From assembly GCA_964276515.1 (NCBI GenBank), contig OZ193910.1, positions 2,852,001 through 2,916,000 of the forward strand: a stretch of 64,000 nt of DNA. Reading direction: 5' to 3'. Both the position numbers and the translations under genes were made by a program. Source of the DNA: Gordius albopunctatus (taxonomy: Eukaryota). Below are positions 40,479-54,869 of this stretch, piece by piece (positions within the stretch are counted from its first letter, which is position 1; each line of letters opens with the position of its first letter). The notes beneath the pieces were generated by a model. The model was not told the DNA's origin, made no database searches, and worked only from the letters and a program-made list of their open reading frames with translations.

Positions 40479-43140
40479 TAGAGACCTACAACGGGCCTGT
40501 TTAGGTCCGTCGACCCGCCCGTAATAAAAATTTAAAAGCCCGACTCGGCCCGGGCCCGTCAAAATATTAAACTATAAGCCCGGGCTCGGCCCGCTAATTT
40601 TATACAAAGCCCGACCCGGGCCCGTAAAATATTTTTTTTGTTTAATTTTTTTATCGATATGGCAAACAACATGTTTGTGTTAAAAATGTTAATAAAAATA
40701 GTTTAATAAGAAAAAATTGATAATTCCCGGTCACTCGAGTTCTATGCTTTAAGAAACGACCTACATGGAAAAAAATTTTTACAAGTGGCACTTCAGGATA
40801 CATAAAACCATATAAGCCAAATAAACTTTTAAAACCCTTATTTAAGGTTATAATGTTTTAATAAAACTACTTAGCTTCTTTGCCTTGCCACCATTTTAAA
40901 TAATTAGGTTATTGATATAAAATGAGAAAACAGTTATAAAAGTAACTTGAGGAAATAAATTGTAGAATATATTTTTAAATTTGTTAATGATAATGAGTAT
41001 ATAAATTTTGGCACTTGGTCGGGGTCAGATAAAATATAAGCTAGCAACGGTCAGCATTAATTTGCAGGGAATTATTTAGCCAGTTTCGCATTTATCGGTT
41101 ATAAATTAACAACCTAGACAAATTGCCAAAATAAATTTATTAATAAGGGATATCAGTCAGGCACAAAAACAATAATGGAATTTGAGCTTAGGCGAGGTCG
41201 AAAAAAGTAAAGCCAATCAGCGGTCAGCTAAATAAAAGAAGTCTTTCACAGAAGCATAAGTCCGCAGCCATTAAAAACCCATATAAGTTTCCACGGTAAT
41301 TATTGAAAAATTACAAGTTGGACAGGATATGATGGACAGGACGGATAACCAAACGAGAGCCCATAAATTGCATAGCAATTTAAATATAAAATAATTTTAA
41401 ATTAATTCACTTAATATTGCTATAGGGTATAAATGGGGGGGGGGGGGCAAATATTGGCAGCTGCACCCTTCCAAATACAAAAATTCCTGATGAAAAAAAC
41501 ATTTTTTACCCTATTCAAGCTGCCCCCCTCCAATTTAAATTGGCTCCGCCCATGGGATCACGTGTATAAATTATCTTTAACATTTATAATGCGGGTTGAG
41601 CTTGAGCTATTGATGAATTAATGAACTAGGATGAAAACAAAATTTAAATTTCCTTGTGGTATAAAAAAAATTACTTACAGGACTAAAAAATATTAAAAAC
41701 GTGCTATAACTAAACGGATGGCATTGATCCGTGTATGGAAATCGTGTTGGATTTAACTATTTGCATTGTGATCTTTTGCCTGATAAAAAAGTATTCTTTG
41801 GAATCGTGTGTAATGAAAGGTCTCTAGTGTGGACACTCATGTAGCTAAATTATCGTTACAGCGTGATAAAGTTTATAATCTTGATATGCATTAGTTCTTG
41901 AAAGGGGAATACGATTTTGTTCTAATAGTTTATATTTTCTGGGCTACATGAGCATTAGTTGCTGATTTCCTTGCATAATTAGCTATTTATTACTAAACGG
42001 TGCTATTTTTAGATTAATTTTTTATTTAGTTAAAAAGATTCGCAGAGAGTACGGGGAGAATGTTATGAGATCACTAAAAAATTTTTATAAGTGCCCAATT
42101 ATTGTTGTAAGTTATTATCTCCACCAAATTCTAAATTCGTTCCATAAATAAATTTAGATGCTGTTATCCTTTATTTTTTTCAAGATGGAGCAACCACCGA
42201 GCATGAGGTTGGTCATTTTAAAGTGATCCCCCAATCTCATAGACATAATAACAAATGTTCAATGAGAGCGGTGAGGTAGTGAACTTTTAAAAAAATGGGA
42301 TCCCACGGAATAGGAGATCAATTAAAAAAATATTTTTTAGGATCTTTTTATTTATAACACGGAACTAGTAATATATATATTACATAGTGACGTAGCAAGC
42401 ATTTTCTCTTGAAGGGTCTAACTTAAATTTTACATTAGGGAAGGCGTCAGGGCAATTAAAAAAATTCCATAGTCAATTGTCAAACTTCATAATCAGCTAT
42501 TCCGTAATTTCATTTTCAAAATCCGCTTGAACTCGTACCTATTTAAGTCCATATATTCCCAAATCTTAATTCTTCCTTCTTTAGTTTACCTTCGACTTAC
42601 ACATGAGCATGCGAAATAGATACCTGTAACGGGCCTCCTTAGGTCAATCAGCCAATCTGCTACAAACATATAAACCCTGGGCCGGGTCCGGGCCCACCAT
42701 AATAAAAAAATTTTATTTTGCATGTTTTAAGATTCGATTGTAATTTTTTTTATTGAACCATATATATGTTAAGATAACAATCATGAAAAAGTTCTACTTA
42801 TCCAAATATTTATTAGCTACCCTAAAATAATAGATTTTTAAAGTGAATGAATGGAATGGACCAGGTCTTTATATAGTCTGTGATTAACACTGATCAATTT
42901 AAAATGAGCGTTGAGATATTGGTAAATGAATGAGTAATAAGAAAAATAATTTCTTATTTTCATTTTTAATTTAATAAACATTAGATATTTGTAAATCATA
43001 AAAACACACGTTTGTTTATACTTAATAATACACAAAAAAATCTATATATTAATTAATAACGGGCTCAGCGGGCCCCACCTATAGGAATACATGTCCCGAA
43101 CCCGCTAAATTATATTACGGCCAGTCCCCGGACCGTTATT
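40479..43140. mobile_element. Probable non-autonomous hAT element with nested repeats
   Basis: Left end TAGAGACCTACAACGGGCC resembles the TIR at 54870; GGGCCCG clusters at 40480-40625, 42630-42700 and 43060-43140. Right boundary uncertain. Confidence 0.45.
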
Positions 43141-43389
43141 TCGTTTAAATTATCCTCTTGGGTGTAGTTTTACTTAGTATTTATATTAAAAATTTATATA
43201 TTAAATAACAACAAAATTATGTAGTTAAAAAAATTATATCAAGGCTACATTAAATTATATGCATTATTGTTAGTTTATGCAAATCACTTTCACAATAAAA
43301 CGGGTATATCGACAAGCTAAATGTTAATTTTTTTAAATAGTACCATTAATAAAACAAGGGTTTAAAACGATTCCAGTTTGCAAATTATG

Positions 43390-43920
43390 AAGAAAGAGCC
43401 CAATTTACGACGGGTATTAACCGCAAATAAAGTAATAATAACTCTAGATTTTATGCCATCTAGTGCAATTTTTAAATTAGACACTAATTTGGCCTAATTC
43501 GTCCCTAACTCTTTTAGCCGTGACTCAAAATTAATTATAGACATACAACGTTTTCGCTCTTATTGGAGCTCATCAGTATATTATAATTAATTTTGTAGTC
43601 ACATACTATTTAAAATTACAAAAACAATAATTATTTAGGCCACAATTATGGGGGTTTCAACTTAAAGTGAACTCAATTAAAATTGGCAATATATATATCA
43701 CGATTAGTATGTGACTAGAAAATTAAGTATGCCATACTGATGAGCTCGAATAAGAGCGAAAACTTTCTATGTTTGTTATTATATTCGATTCATATGCTAA
43801 AATCAATAGAAATAAATTTAGCCAATTTAGACTCTAATTATAAAATTTTACTGGACGACATATAAATTAGATTAATTATTATTTGCGTCACGGTTAACGC
43901 GTGTCGTGCCCTTTCTTCAT
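43390..43920. mobile_element. Foldback element family F, just upstream of the paracaspase gene
   Basis: GAAGAAAGAGCCC...GCCCTTTCTTC; ~210-bp imperfect arms including GAGCTCATCAGTAT / ATACTGATGAGCTC. Confidence 0.75.
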
Positions 43921-44263
43921 AATTGGTAAAATAACAAACGACTATCTTAATAACAATTTGCTATTGCCCTAATCCCTATATATACCGTGAATATTGTATT
44001 AAGCGGTTGTTTAGAGCGTTCATAAATATGTTATTTTAATTGCCCGCCATTTTCATTGTTTGTTTATAAATAACAAAGCGGAAATTCAATAAATAAATAA
44101 CTAAGCTGAATTAAAACATTTACTTAAATGAAAAAAAATATATTAATTTAAATACAATATACTAAATAATCGCTTGGGGGAGGCAAAGGGGCAAGGATTT
44201 TTCTGATGACCGGAAGAGAAATTTTGCTCTTAGGCGGAGCCTACTGATATTTTATTTTATCCG

Positions 44264-47200
44264 ATGACATTTTTATCCATAGAAAGCAGAGTAATTAAGT
44301 ATGGAATGATTCACACAGATACCAAAAAATCGATTTGAATGTTTATAGTTACATACAACAATTACTGATATATAAATACACAATTTATATATTCCTTTTT
44401 ACTGTTATGATTTCGATAAAAAAATACACTATCAACCCTCGTTACTATACGTTCGAGATTTCATTAGGCATTCGCTTGATACTTAAACGAGGTGACCATA
44501 ACTTTAAAACATGTGATTATGCTTAAATTTCAGGATGATGATAATTTAAAATCATTACCTTCTACAAATTTTAAGCAGATATTAAAGTATTTGGGCAAAG
44601 AAAGAAGATTTGAAAATCTAATTTCTTATTACATTGATCAATTAAAGTATGCTTAATAAGATCTTATTTATAATTTTTTTTTAGTTTTTGTAATTTGCCT
44701 CAGAATCTGCCATATGAAATTGTACTTCAAAATATGCTTATTAAGGATTTTATTAAGTGTTTAGATGCATTGCAGTATGAAGCTCCATTAGTTTTGTTTA
44801 AAGCCTTTGGTAATGTTTTTTTTATTATATTTTACAAATGTTTGATTTAACTTCACATGTTATTTTGTAATTAGTAATCTGAATTTTGCATAAGTTTTTT
44901 GCTGTAACAAAAATTTTTTGTGTGTATAATAAATATAGGTTTAAAATATTTAATTTTTTTGCTAAACCTCTTTTTGTTGAATTGGTAGATGAACAATGTA
45001 TATTAACTCAATAACTGTTATTTACCACACATTTTATATTTTTATTATTTTATACCTTTATATATGTTTAGAAAATGTCAAAGTAATCAAAGAACCTCCA
45101 CAAGAAATTCACTTTGATATAGATGCCAGCATAAATATTGAATGCCACGCAATTGGTTTTCCTAAACCTATCTATCAATGGTTTTTGGGAAAACAGTTAT
45201 TAAAAGGTCAAAACAAACCACTCCTCTGCATAAGCAATGCAAAGTAACAAGCCACTTACCCTTGTTTATGTTTTTATTTAATCATTAATTATATAGAAGG
45301 TTGATTAAAAACTTTATATCATTTGAATTAGTATTTATATAAAACACATTAAATTCCTAAGGGCAAAAGTTTAATTTTTTTTAATTTGATCTTTAAAGAG
45401 TTTGTAGTACCTTATTAAGTTACATGAGGTCAAATACTTTATAGGCCTCATCTGTTGACCTTTGTATTTCAACTGATATTTTCACCCTTATCCAACTTGA
45501 TGCTTTATAAAGGAGTACTTCAAATCTGGCTAATTTTTCCCCTTAAAAATAAAAAATGACCTCTGTTTGCATCTAATTTATGTGACCCAGGTCATAGGCC
45601 AAACAAATTTTTATTTTTTGGTTGCTCAATCGATTATTATTTTTCAATTTGACTATTTTTTTAAGTTTCCCCATCACAAACGGACTTTTAAAGAATATTT
45701 ATTCAATGGATTCTTAGTATTTGTAGTGATTAACAATTTATTATTATTAATGTTATATATATCCCGTGGAGTAATAATATATATATACACATATGTTATT
45801 GTGACCTAATTTGAATATTTGAATAAACACTGAGTATTATGATATCTGAAGATTAATTTAGTATTGAAAAAAAAGTCAATATATTGATTGGATTTTATCA
45901 TTCTCTAACCATGCCAAAATGATGCAAGCATACCTAAATGGCAAAAGGATCTTTACAAGCGCGCATTATTAATATAATTGGAAAACGTAAAAAATTGTTA
46001 GTTATAAAAATAATGGTTTAATGCCCGATAATATAAATAATGTTTGGAATTTGGCCGGGGTCAAACAAAAAGGCAAACAGCGGTGAGTTTAATAAGATAA
46101 AGCAATACGTGTGGCAAGCGTCAAAAAGGAAAAATTGTAAATGGAAAATAGATATTGGGCTCTGGTGGAGGTTAAACTGTCATTATTTTCTTTTAGGCAA
46201 AATAAGCCAGTTACGTAATCATTAACCAACAAATTGGACCGAGATTTTATCAAGTTACAAAAATATTCATTTGAGGCCCAAAAATATAAATTCAGGCAAA
46301 ATAAACAGAGGTCATCATTTATTTTTAGACATATTTCAAGCCTGATTTGTATTTCTTCAAAAAGAATCGGTTAAGATTTATAAAGAAGACAGTCGAGGCA
46401 CAAAAATGAAAACGAAATTTGGCTTCTGGGACTCACATAAATTTAAGAGAAAAAGATGTCATTAGCATGTTTTTATTTTGGGGCAAAATTATTTTCCAAA
46501 ATTGTAAATTTTCGTTGTAAACCCAAGGTGAGGACACGACCGTACATTTTACACTAAAAGTGAGTCCTTATATTTAATAGCTCCTCAATTTTAAATAAAA
46601 AAAAACTTGAAAAATTTGGGGATGCATGAGAAATAAAAATAGAAAATTCATTTTAAACTATTTTTATTCAAGGTCCGAAGATGAAGGATTTTACATTTGT
46701 CGGATGCATAACAATGGCCATAAGAATGTCATCTTTTCAAGGTGGTGCAAGGTCACAGTAAATAAACCAGGTTTTTTATCACAATATTATATCATCCAAA
46801 AACTTTACTACGCTTTATTTCTTTCAAACTAGTCACAAGAATGGAAAAATATTAGTATGTATTTTGCCCTAATTTTACAATTATTTTGTCTAGCGTTATA
46901 AAAGCGGCTGTGTTAGGGCTTGTCTTAATATCGGATTCAGATTCAAATGGCGCGCATATATCTTTATCAAATATCCTATGATTCAATTTTATGTGTCAAA
47001 CTCGGTTGTTGTAATGACTAATATTTTGTTGTTTTTTGATGGTTAAATACGTTCTTTTGTTTATTTCAACTCTTGAGATTAATCGTTGTTATATAATGCG
47101 TCTGAAATGGAAATCTGCTGCTGTGAATTCGAAGTTAAGACACGGCTACGTTATAACCCGTACAACGATTTTTGCTGCGCAGCAAAACCCGATATTAAGA

Positions 47201-50200
47201 CAAGCCCTTAGACTAACGGGCGACTCTGGTCTCTTTTTCATTTGACTAAGCCTGGTGGTCCACTCAGACCAAAAAAGCTTTGGTCTGTTTAATCGACTAA
47301 ACCCAAAGGCCAAACAGGCAAAAACCAGCCCTTTTTACAACACTAATTTTGTCGAAATTCATTAAAAGTTTAGGTATTGTGTTGATATATTTATTGAGAA
47401 AATGAGCTGGTTTCCCTGGTGATATTCATTTTATTATTTTTATAATGATTTTAAGTCTTTAGAATTTTTCTAGTTATTTTGAAATCCGAACTTGTGCTCT
47501 TATTTAATTTAGGTGGCAATTAAAGAGATATAAAAGTTATTTAAATACTTTCTAATTTGGTATTACGAGCTAAAAAATGATTACGTATAACCATACACAT
47601 TAAACCCTAGCTAGATTAAGCTACTATTTCTGTAATTTTAAATTTGACAAGCGCAGTTAAAGGCCACATTATGTTGTATTTTTGAGAATTTTATTTTTTA
47701 AAAACAATTTGTCACTTATAATGGTTCTCAATCAATAGACCTCGTTTTCTATTGGTTTCGGCATCAGCGTTTTTTTATTTATATATAAGTTATAAAATCC
47801 GTGTGAATTTTTATTGTTGGTGCCCTAGAAGTGGTCAAAGAAAGCTCCAAGCCAAACCATGAAACCAAGCAGCCTAACAATAATAGTAAGATTAAATGTC
47901 AGGCGCCGAGGATAACGAGGCACCCAGTGGCCAGTTTACGGGTGGATGAAAATGCATCATTCTCCCTCAAGTAGGCATTTCAAGATTTTTAAACTATTTG
48001 GCCGGTACCGACAAAATCTTTGATTCCACATAAGTTTTGAACAAAAACTTTAGTTGCATATTTTTACATTTAGATTATTGTCGTAGTGTTTAGTTTGCAG
48101 AAAATTTAATTTTAGCAGCGTCCACTACTATTTTGACATAAAAAAGGATAATGATGATTTAGTAAATAATAATAGTTTCAAGTTGGGAACGATATTGCGT
48201 TTTCTTTCCTCCCAATTCTTAGATATTTTTTATTGTCTTAGAACTTATGTTTTATGATTGCTATCGTTTTTATATACAATGAAAATTTAAAATGCCGGTA
48301 AATCTTTACTTTCTAAAAAGAAAATAAATCTCTTGTCATAGATCTAATAATAATACGTTATCCTCGAATTTAAACATTTAAAATTCGGAATATACTTATT
48401 AATTAATACTATATTGCAACCTTTTTGCAATCGGTGTGTTTATGTTAGGATACCAAAATATTTTCATATTTAATTTAGTCGTGAAACAACTTTATACCTT
48501 CTTTTCTGCGGTTGAATCGTAATCACGGGGTAGCCAGCATAGGAATTAGAGGGGGGGGCAAAAGTGATTTAGGGAGGGACAAAATGAACATTTTTAAAAA
48601 ATCTGCCCATAATTTTGATAAATTTCAACAAATTTTTGGATTTAGAGGGGGAGGCAGCCGCCCCTCCCCTTGGCTACCCCCATGATGCTAATATTAATAT
48701 AATATTTATTTTTTTCTATGATTAGCCATTTGCCTAAAACTTTTTCCGAATACCACCAATTAATGGGTCCTATTTAAAAGATGTTAAATTTAATTTAGCT
48801 GTTGCGCCCTAGGGCTTCCCCACCCAAGTTTTCAATGGTTCAAAGATCACGAAATTTTGATGGGATCAACGCAGCCCACGCTTAACGTGGAACGGGCACA
48901 ACAAACAGGTTCAGAAGGCTCTTACCAGTGCAAAGTTTGGAACGAGGTTGGCATTACATGGAGCGTCGAATCACGGGTTATTTCAATTGTTATGCAATTT
49001 ATGGGCTCACTCTTGGTTGTCCGACCGTCCGTCCAACTTGTTATTTTTGAATGATTGCCGTGGAAACTTAATGGCAGTGGACTTCTTACGCTTCTGTGAA
49101 AGGCTTTTATTTGCCTTTCACGAGTACACACACTAGCTTATGACCTCCGCTGGTTGGCTTTATACGTAAATTTCTTTTCGCAACTTGTCTTTGCTAAACT
49201 GGCTACATAATTCCCGGCAAATTAATGATTACCTGACCCCGGCCAAATGCCAAAATTCTGTATTGCGCATATGATTGCATAATTTACACAATTTTAAATT
49301 GGGATTTTCGTTGAAATTTGCTTTTTAATGTTTTTTGGGGGTTTTTTTTTCGATTGGTTAGGTCAAAGTGACCCCGCAAAAGATTAATTCCCGCCTCCCC
49401 GAAATTTTGCATCACCCTCAAAGCCCTTCCGAGAAAATTATCATAGGCAGCTCTATTATATTGGGATGCAAGGCAATCGGCGACGAACCTTTACATTACG
49501 AATGGTACCGAAATAGCAAGGTTTACCTTTAAATGTTAGTTTTTTAGTATTTTATATGAGGTGTACATCTTTTTGATTTTTGACTCATTCCTTTCTTAAA
49601 TTTTAGAATATCTCTCATATATTTTTGACCTTGAGGCTAGATTGGGGTAAGCTTAAGGTTTAACAATTTTTTTTGAAATTTTAGCCACTTTCTCTAGTTG
49701 CGTTTATAATATTTATTTGGTTGCCAATATCGATATAAAGTTTGTACATGAGCATATCTAGAATTGGATTAGAGGGGGGAACAATAATGATTTAAGGAGG
49801 GAAAAATGCTATATTTTGCAATTTTAATTATAACTCTATTATTATTATTTATAACTACGCCTCTGGGAAATATTTGAGATTCGAAAATCCGAATCGAATC
49901 CTTCAAAAATCGAATTTTATTTTTTTAAGTTTAATTTAAATAGGCGAGTCTCAAATATTTAGCTATTTTTATCTTACCGCATTTTAGTTATTTTTCCTGC
50001 TACAATTTGAAAAAGTTTAACTTAAATTTTTTCAAACTTACATAAGTTATGTGAACGAGGATCACAATTTAATTAAATTATGGACTTTGATAAAAATTGC
50101 AAGATAGCCCAAAAATATTTCACGATTAAAGGCTATATGGACCCACCAATTAATTGCATAAACGCAAAACTTGACATGTTAATTAGGTGGAACAGCACCT

Positions 50201-53200
50201 ATATAATGATGAAAAAGCTATTTTAGTAAAACAAGTATTGGATTTGGCCTTTAAATTCCTCTTGAGAGGAATCACTATTCAACATTGAATGGGAACAAAT
50301 TGCAAAGGTTAAATTGATACTTTTCCCCTTTTACAGTGCAACTAATTTAATATTCCGGGTGCAAATCCCACAATGAAGCTGGTATTACCGCTATATTATC
50401 AACCAGGCATAGAATATCATGCTGTCAAAATGGCCAAACAGGAATTGGAGATGTATGGCATTCAATAAGAATTGATAGTCTTATTAGCGGGTCTCGTCGA
50501 TCTAAGGCTTAAAATTTGAGTGTTTATCACCAGTACGTGGCATATTCTTTTGAGAAATAAAAGATGATTTGTAAACTGCTATAGGAAGTCAGCCCGATTT
50601 TGTATCAACTAGCGAGGTATCAACACTGGATCGTTTATAAAGAGCGACAAGGGGCGAAGTCTCCATTGGACACATTTTCGCACAGTGTGGCCTCGAGTGT
50701 TGAGCCTTTACAGTGATAGAAATTAAATCAACGTCGTTTTCCAGCCATCCAAAAATTGGAAAATATCTTTTCTCTATACCTGGATCATTTACCCAGTGCG
50801 AAAGAATATTTTCAACCGGGACCAATTTATTCAACAAAGACAAGCAATCGTTTAAGGAAAAATTGTTAGGAAGATAATTTGCCTTAAAAGTTGGCTAAAA
50901 ACGGTTCTTGATTGTCTTACACATATCGCCATAGTTTTTTTTGTTCGCCTTTAATATTTTTATTTTTAATGTGTGTATGTTTTTAATATCTTTCAATTAA
51001 ATTTTTCAAATAAATATGCAAATCAAAAACCATAGTAGCCTTTTTAATGTTTTTTTAATAATTAAAAAACTTAATAAATATTCGAATCTTCATATTAATA
51101 TTCGACGAATCTCGAATCGAATATTTTTTGGAAAAAAATTTGAATTCGAATCGAATACCAAAAATATTCGATTCGAAATCCAGAGGTTTATTTTTAACTA
51201 TTTTCGGATTCATTGGGGGGGGGGGGTCGTGGAGTTGCCACACCCTGCACCCAGGACGCCTTTTTAGAATGTGTTTTCGGATTATATTAATAAGGACAGT
51301 TGCTGTAGCATGTTTAGGTTAGAATAGGTATATAAATCGATGGCATAAAATAGTTATCGGTATAATTATTTTCACCTAAATCCTAATTTTTTGTATGCGA
51401 TAGACCGTACTAAATGTTATCAAGTCAAATTTAAACGAAGCCAATTTTTATAGATAATTTTGGGGGCCGAAGCAAACGAATTAAAATTCGTGAATTTGCA
51501 GTCGGATTTGGAGGAAGGGGCTTATCAATGCAGGGTTTACAATTCCTTCGGGTCTGCCCTTTCGAAACCGGCAATCATTAGGCTTGATTCTATACACGAA
51601 CAAGCACAATTCACCGCTAGCGCCAAAGTAATTTCACTCTTAACTTTATAACACTTTTCTTTAACGTTAAATCAATGATGGTTACCACTAAAATCTTGAT
51701 CCGTGCATGTATGAGAGGAGCTCATTGATTTAATTTATTTTCACATAGACATCGGCATGGGCGTAGACAAGGAGGGGCAGAAAGGGGCGGCTGCCCCCCT
51801 CTAAATCCAAAAATTTGTTGAAATTAATTTAAATTATGGCTAAATTTTTTTTAAAAATTCATTTTGCCCCTCCCTAAATCATTATTGTTTTGTCTAAGAT
51901 TTAGGACCATAGGGGAGGAAATCAGTGAAAAGGGGGGGGGGGGTACCTTACCCTAGGAAAGCGCATTTCACGCCAGACCCTATAATGGTGATGATACTAA
52001 GTCTGTTTACTCCTTTCAACAGCGCAGTTCTTAATTAGCGCGCCGAATAACTTCGCTATGTATTCATATATCTATAATATTATCTTTATAATATAATTCA
52101 AAAAATATCTTTTATATTTGAGTTTTGGGAAGCTTTTGACTTAAGTCAGACCTACTTAGAGCTTAAAGTTTTGACATTTGTAGACTTCGAGATAAAGTGA
52201 TGTTTCATCAAGCACCTATTATATAGGATTTTGACGATCTATAAAGAAAACTTTAAAATTTATGTCATAGATTTCATATTTTTTACTAAAATATTTTGTC
52301 GTTACAGGTTGCGTTACTGATCGGGAATTATAACTATCCGACCGGTCTCAATCCCCTAGCTACGGTGGAGAATGACACCAAAGTGCTGGAAAAGCACTTA
52401 ACCGAACTGGGATTCTACGTATTATTATTTAGCTTATCAAAATATATGGTTTTCTTTATAAATTTATCAAATATTGCTCACTAACATCACCTGGCTAAAG
52501 TATAAGTGTTTGTTTAATTATCAATAAATGACTATATATGACTCAAAAACATCATTGACCTGTAAATGGGTTTCAAGTAAAAATTTGAACTCTACTCTTA
52601 GTATGCTGACGATCCGTGCCTAAGATCTAAAAAATAAATTACTATATCGATAATTTCGTCAATTATACGAATTTTAAAATGGACGGTTGTCTCTCTTTAA
52701 AAATTCTATCCCAAAAATGGTTTAAGCACTTTTAATCGAGACCATTAAGTTTATAGCCATAATCTGAATTGGATTCCTTTTTTATATTTTATAAATGTGT
52801 CATTTTTAGGTAAGATATTAAAAAAATAATGGTTTCTAAAACGTTGGCCAAAGTTTTAAAAATTGTAAAAGAATTTTCGTATCGACTGTCATTGCCTCCA
52901 ATTAGTTTATTCAACCATTTCAAGGTGTACTCCTTCCTCAACCTAAATCTCGGGCAAATGAAGTGCGCCCTAGAATTTTTATCCTCCTTCGTAACTTCTC
53001 CCAGGACTTATTGCCTTTTCTTTTTCGGGGGCCACGGGTTCGAAAAATTTGGTAAAAGTTACCTCGTCCCGGTCGACGTAGACCCAACGAGTTTCGGGCC
53101 GGCCGATTGTTTGTGCGTGGAGCGCGAAGTGCTACAAAGATTACAGTTGGGCAAGAAAAGGCAATATTGTGCCCCGGCTTTTATAGTTATCCTCTTGGAT

Positions 53201-53986
53201 ATTTGCAGGCAAGAAGGGGGCCCGTGTAAGGAGGATTCCATAGTGATTAACAGCACCAAAGAGGACGGTGATAGCTACTCCAGGTCTTGACTTGGATAGA
53301 ATAGTGATGGAATTAAGTGTTTTTAAGGTCGTTTAAAAGGCTGAGCTTAATTGCTTTTACTTGCAAATTTCTTGCCTTAATGTCAGTCTATGTAGAATGT
53401 TCAAATCTAGTGACTTTATGGTAGAATATTTTAAAACCTTTTTTGTTGAAAAATGTGTTTTTTTGCAAATTGGGTTGCTCTTGTCTTTGTGCTCTAATTG
53501 AGAGACTTTATAACAACTGACTGTTCCTCGAGCCCGCGATGATATTATTATGGCTAAACTTCAATTTTGTTTTACAGAGGCCAAGGTTTAGTGGTAAATA
53601 GCGGTCATCATGCTGGTGGTAATTACGTTTTTGGGTACGCCACTAGTGCCAGTAGCCAGGCTTACGAGATGGAGGGCCAAGTTCACAGCATATTTATGAC
53701 GCACCTCTTTAAACACATCTCGAAACCGGTTCCCTTGGAAGAAGTACTCCGACGGGTCCGAGAGAGCGTGCATTCGGAACCGCTCAGTAGAAATACTCTA
53801 CAATTTCCCGAAATCAAAACCAACCTATCTCGCAGCTTTTCCCTAGCTGATAAGGTTGTTCCAGCGGCTTGTGATATCGCTCTAAATAACCAAGAATTTA
53901 ATACGTGCGGCCTGAAGTCTCAAAATATACCGAGGGAATTATCTGACAACATGATTCCCCGATCGAATATGTCGATCTTATTTTGA
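44264..53986 (+). CDS. MALT1: MALT1-like paracaspase (death-domain-like N-terminus, three Ig domains, caspase-like protease), 12 exons
   Basis: Exons 44264-44290, 44534-44646, 44685-44809, 45071-45243, 46673-46770, 47829-47970, 48799-48976, 49362-49520, 51454-51627, 52308-52418, 52925-53283, 53578-53986, in phase. ASAKVALLIGNYNY, FFFGGHGFE (His), LLDICR (Cys), FGYATS...AYE, QFPEIKTNL. First exon tentative. Confidence 0.9.
48523..48684. mobile_element. MITE family A copy (reverse orientation)
   Basis: CACGGGGTAGCCAG...TTGGCTACCCCCATG; imperfect TSD ATCGTAAT/ATGCTAAT. Confidence 0.75.
49875..51182 (+). mobile_element. Decayed hAT transposon in a paracaspase intron
   Basis: CGAATCGAAT/ATTCGATTCG subterminal repeats at both ends; relic motifs IRWNSTYIMM (~50180-50210) and QCERIFSTG (~50795-50820). 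Confidence 0.65.
51755..51887. mobile_element. MITE family A copy (3'-truncated)
   Basis: CATGGGCGTAGAC plus family A body; right TIR missing. Confidence 0.7.
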
Positions 53987-54534
53987 TCGATTGAAGGATT
54001 TTATGATTGAGGAAAATGCCTACTTTATCTTATTTCATAGCAATCGGATATGCATGTTATGGGATTAGTTAAGTTGATGGACGTTTTTCGCGTTGTGCAA
54101 TTACTATTATGGAAGAACCGAAATTATTTGAAAACGGGCAATATTTTTAAAACAATAGCAATCATGTTAGATTCCTACAAAAATCTTATGTGAAATTCAT
54201 GAACAACGTTGAATCCTGTTACCTGTATATTAATTTAAATGCAGTAATAAAGGTTTTAAAAATAAATTACGAGTTTGTTAATTTACTCACTGGACTTTAA
54301 GAATGGTGTATGTTGGCACTTGCAAAAAATTACCTGTTTATCTTACATCTATTGTCGCGTGCAACGCGACTGTGGCTTTGGTAATTTATACGATTTTTCC
54401 TAGCATGATGGATCATAGTATGCTTGTTGACAATAATAGCTAGCACTAGTGTTGTAAAAACGGCTGGCTGGTTTTTCCCAGCGTGTTGCCAAGCTTGGTA
54501 ATTGGTGTATAAATTACGCTTAACCCTTTCAGTG

Positions 54535-54690
54535 TTAGGGTGAATTTTTTGGTTCACGCTTGGTGTTTGGCGCTTTTGTAAAAAAAACACCCAAAGGGTG
54601 TTTGGGTGAAATTTTTTGGTCGACCTTTGGCGTTTTTGTTAAAAAACACCCTTGGCGTTTAGGTGAATTATTTTGGTCGACCTTTTGGTT
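54535..54690 (+). repeat. Three imperfect ~60-bp tandem repeats
   Basis: GGTGAATTTTTTGGTCGACC..TTGGCGTTTTTGT.AAAAAACACC units at ~54538, 54604 and 54661. Confidence 0.7.
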
Positions 54691-54869
54691 TTGGTCGTTT
54701 TGGCTTGTGTATGGAAATATGTGAAGTTTTTATAATTTTTGTATTTAATAGTTATTTATTTTTGTAATGAACTTTTATTGATGGGAAATGTGAAATGACG
54801 TCACTAAGTGGAAAGTATCATACTTGCTAGTTATAATCAACCTATAATTTGTTCCAATTGATATACGAT

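Noticed and set aside
46833..46854. Possible 22-nt micro-exon (TAG|...|GTATGT) in the paracaspase gene
   Set aside because: Inclusion creates an immediate TAA at the next junction, and the flanking exons already join in phase without it.
54535..54690. CRISPR-like repeat array
   Set aside because: Degenerate tandem units without unique spacers, in a eukaryotic context with no cas genes.
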